A stretch of DNA of 64,000 nt from Octopus sinensis (taxonomy: Eukaryota), in the NCBI RefSeq assembly GCF_006345805.1, contig NC_043014.1:8866001-8930000 (forward strand), written 5' to 3'. Position numbers and translations under genes: made by a program. This document shows, piece after piece, positions 63,633 to 64,000 of this stretch; positions within the stretch are counted from its first letter, which is position 1, and each line of letters starts with the position of its first letter. The notes under the pieces are model-generated. The model was not told the DNA's origin and made no database searches. It worked only from the letters and a program-made list of their open reading frames with translations.

Positions 63633-64000
63633 AGGCGTAGGAGTGGCTGTGTGGTAAGTAGTTTACTTACCAACCACATGGTTCCGGATTCAGTCCCACT
63701 CCGTGGAACTTTGGGCAAGTGTCTTCTACTTTAGCCTCGGGCCGACCAAAGCCTTGTGAGTGGATTTGGTAGACGGAAACTGAAAGAAGCCCGTCGTATA
63801 TCTCTTTACTCTTTTACTTGTTTCAATAATTTGACTGTGGTCATGCTGGAGCACCGCCTTTAGTCGAGCAAATCTACCCCATGAATTATTCTTTGTTAGC
63901 CTAGTACTTATTCTATCGGTCTATTTTGTCGAATCGCTAAGTTACGGGGGCGTAAACACACCAGCATCGGTTGTCAAGCGATGCTGGGGGGACAAACACA
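63633..64000. mobile_element. CORE-type SINE head (plus strand) abutting a SINE 3' half (minus strand)
   Basis: Family sequences in opposite orientation. Confidence 0.8.

Overview
Repeat-saturated, AT-rich eukaryotic DNA with no convincing host protein-coding gene. The SINE families, (TA)n/(TATG)n/(CA)n load and long GC-rich 28S expansion segments suggest an octopod cephalopod (my inference, not a database result). The window holds tRNA-derived SINEs, LINE fragments (RTE, R4/Dong-like, HERO-like, Tx1/L1-like, Penelope), Tc1/mariner, hAT- and Merlin-like MITEs, non-autonomous Helitrons and one 100-N gap. Three things stand out. (1) A decayed but full-length mariner (31917-34429, 37-bp TIRs, TA site) carries about 1.2 kb of 28S rDNA inside its TIRs, and its empty site is visible in a paralogous inverted arm about 19 kb away. 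(2) At least seven unrelated short Penelope-type fragments each carry a minimal type I hammerhead-ribozyme fold, most with a palindromic or near-palindromic helix III; one has a compensatory U3:A8 core. (3) A large inverted duplication (12466-17935 vs 28750-35014) contains a CAC-microsatellite macrosatellite built from MITE and Helitron modules. All alignments and folds were done by eye, and SINE and microsatellite boundaries are approximate.
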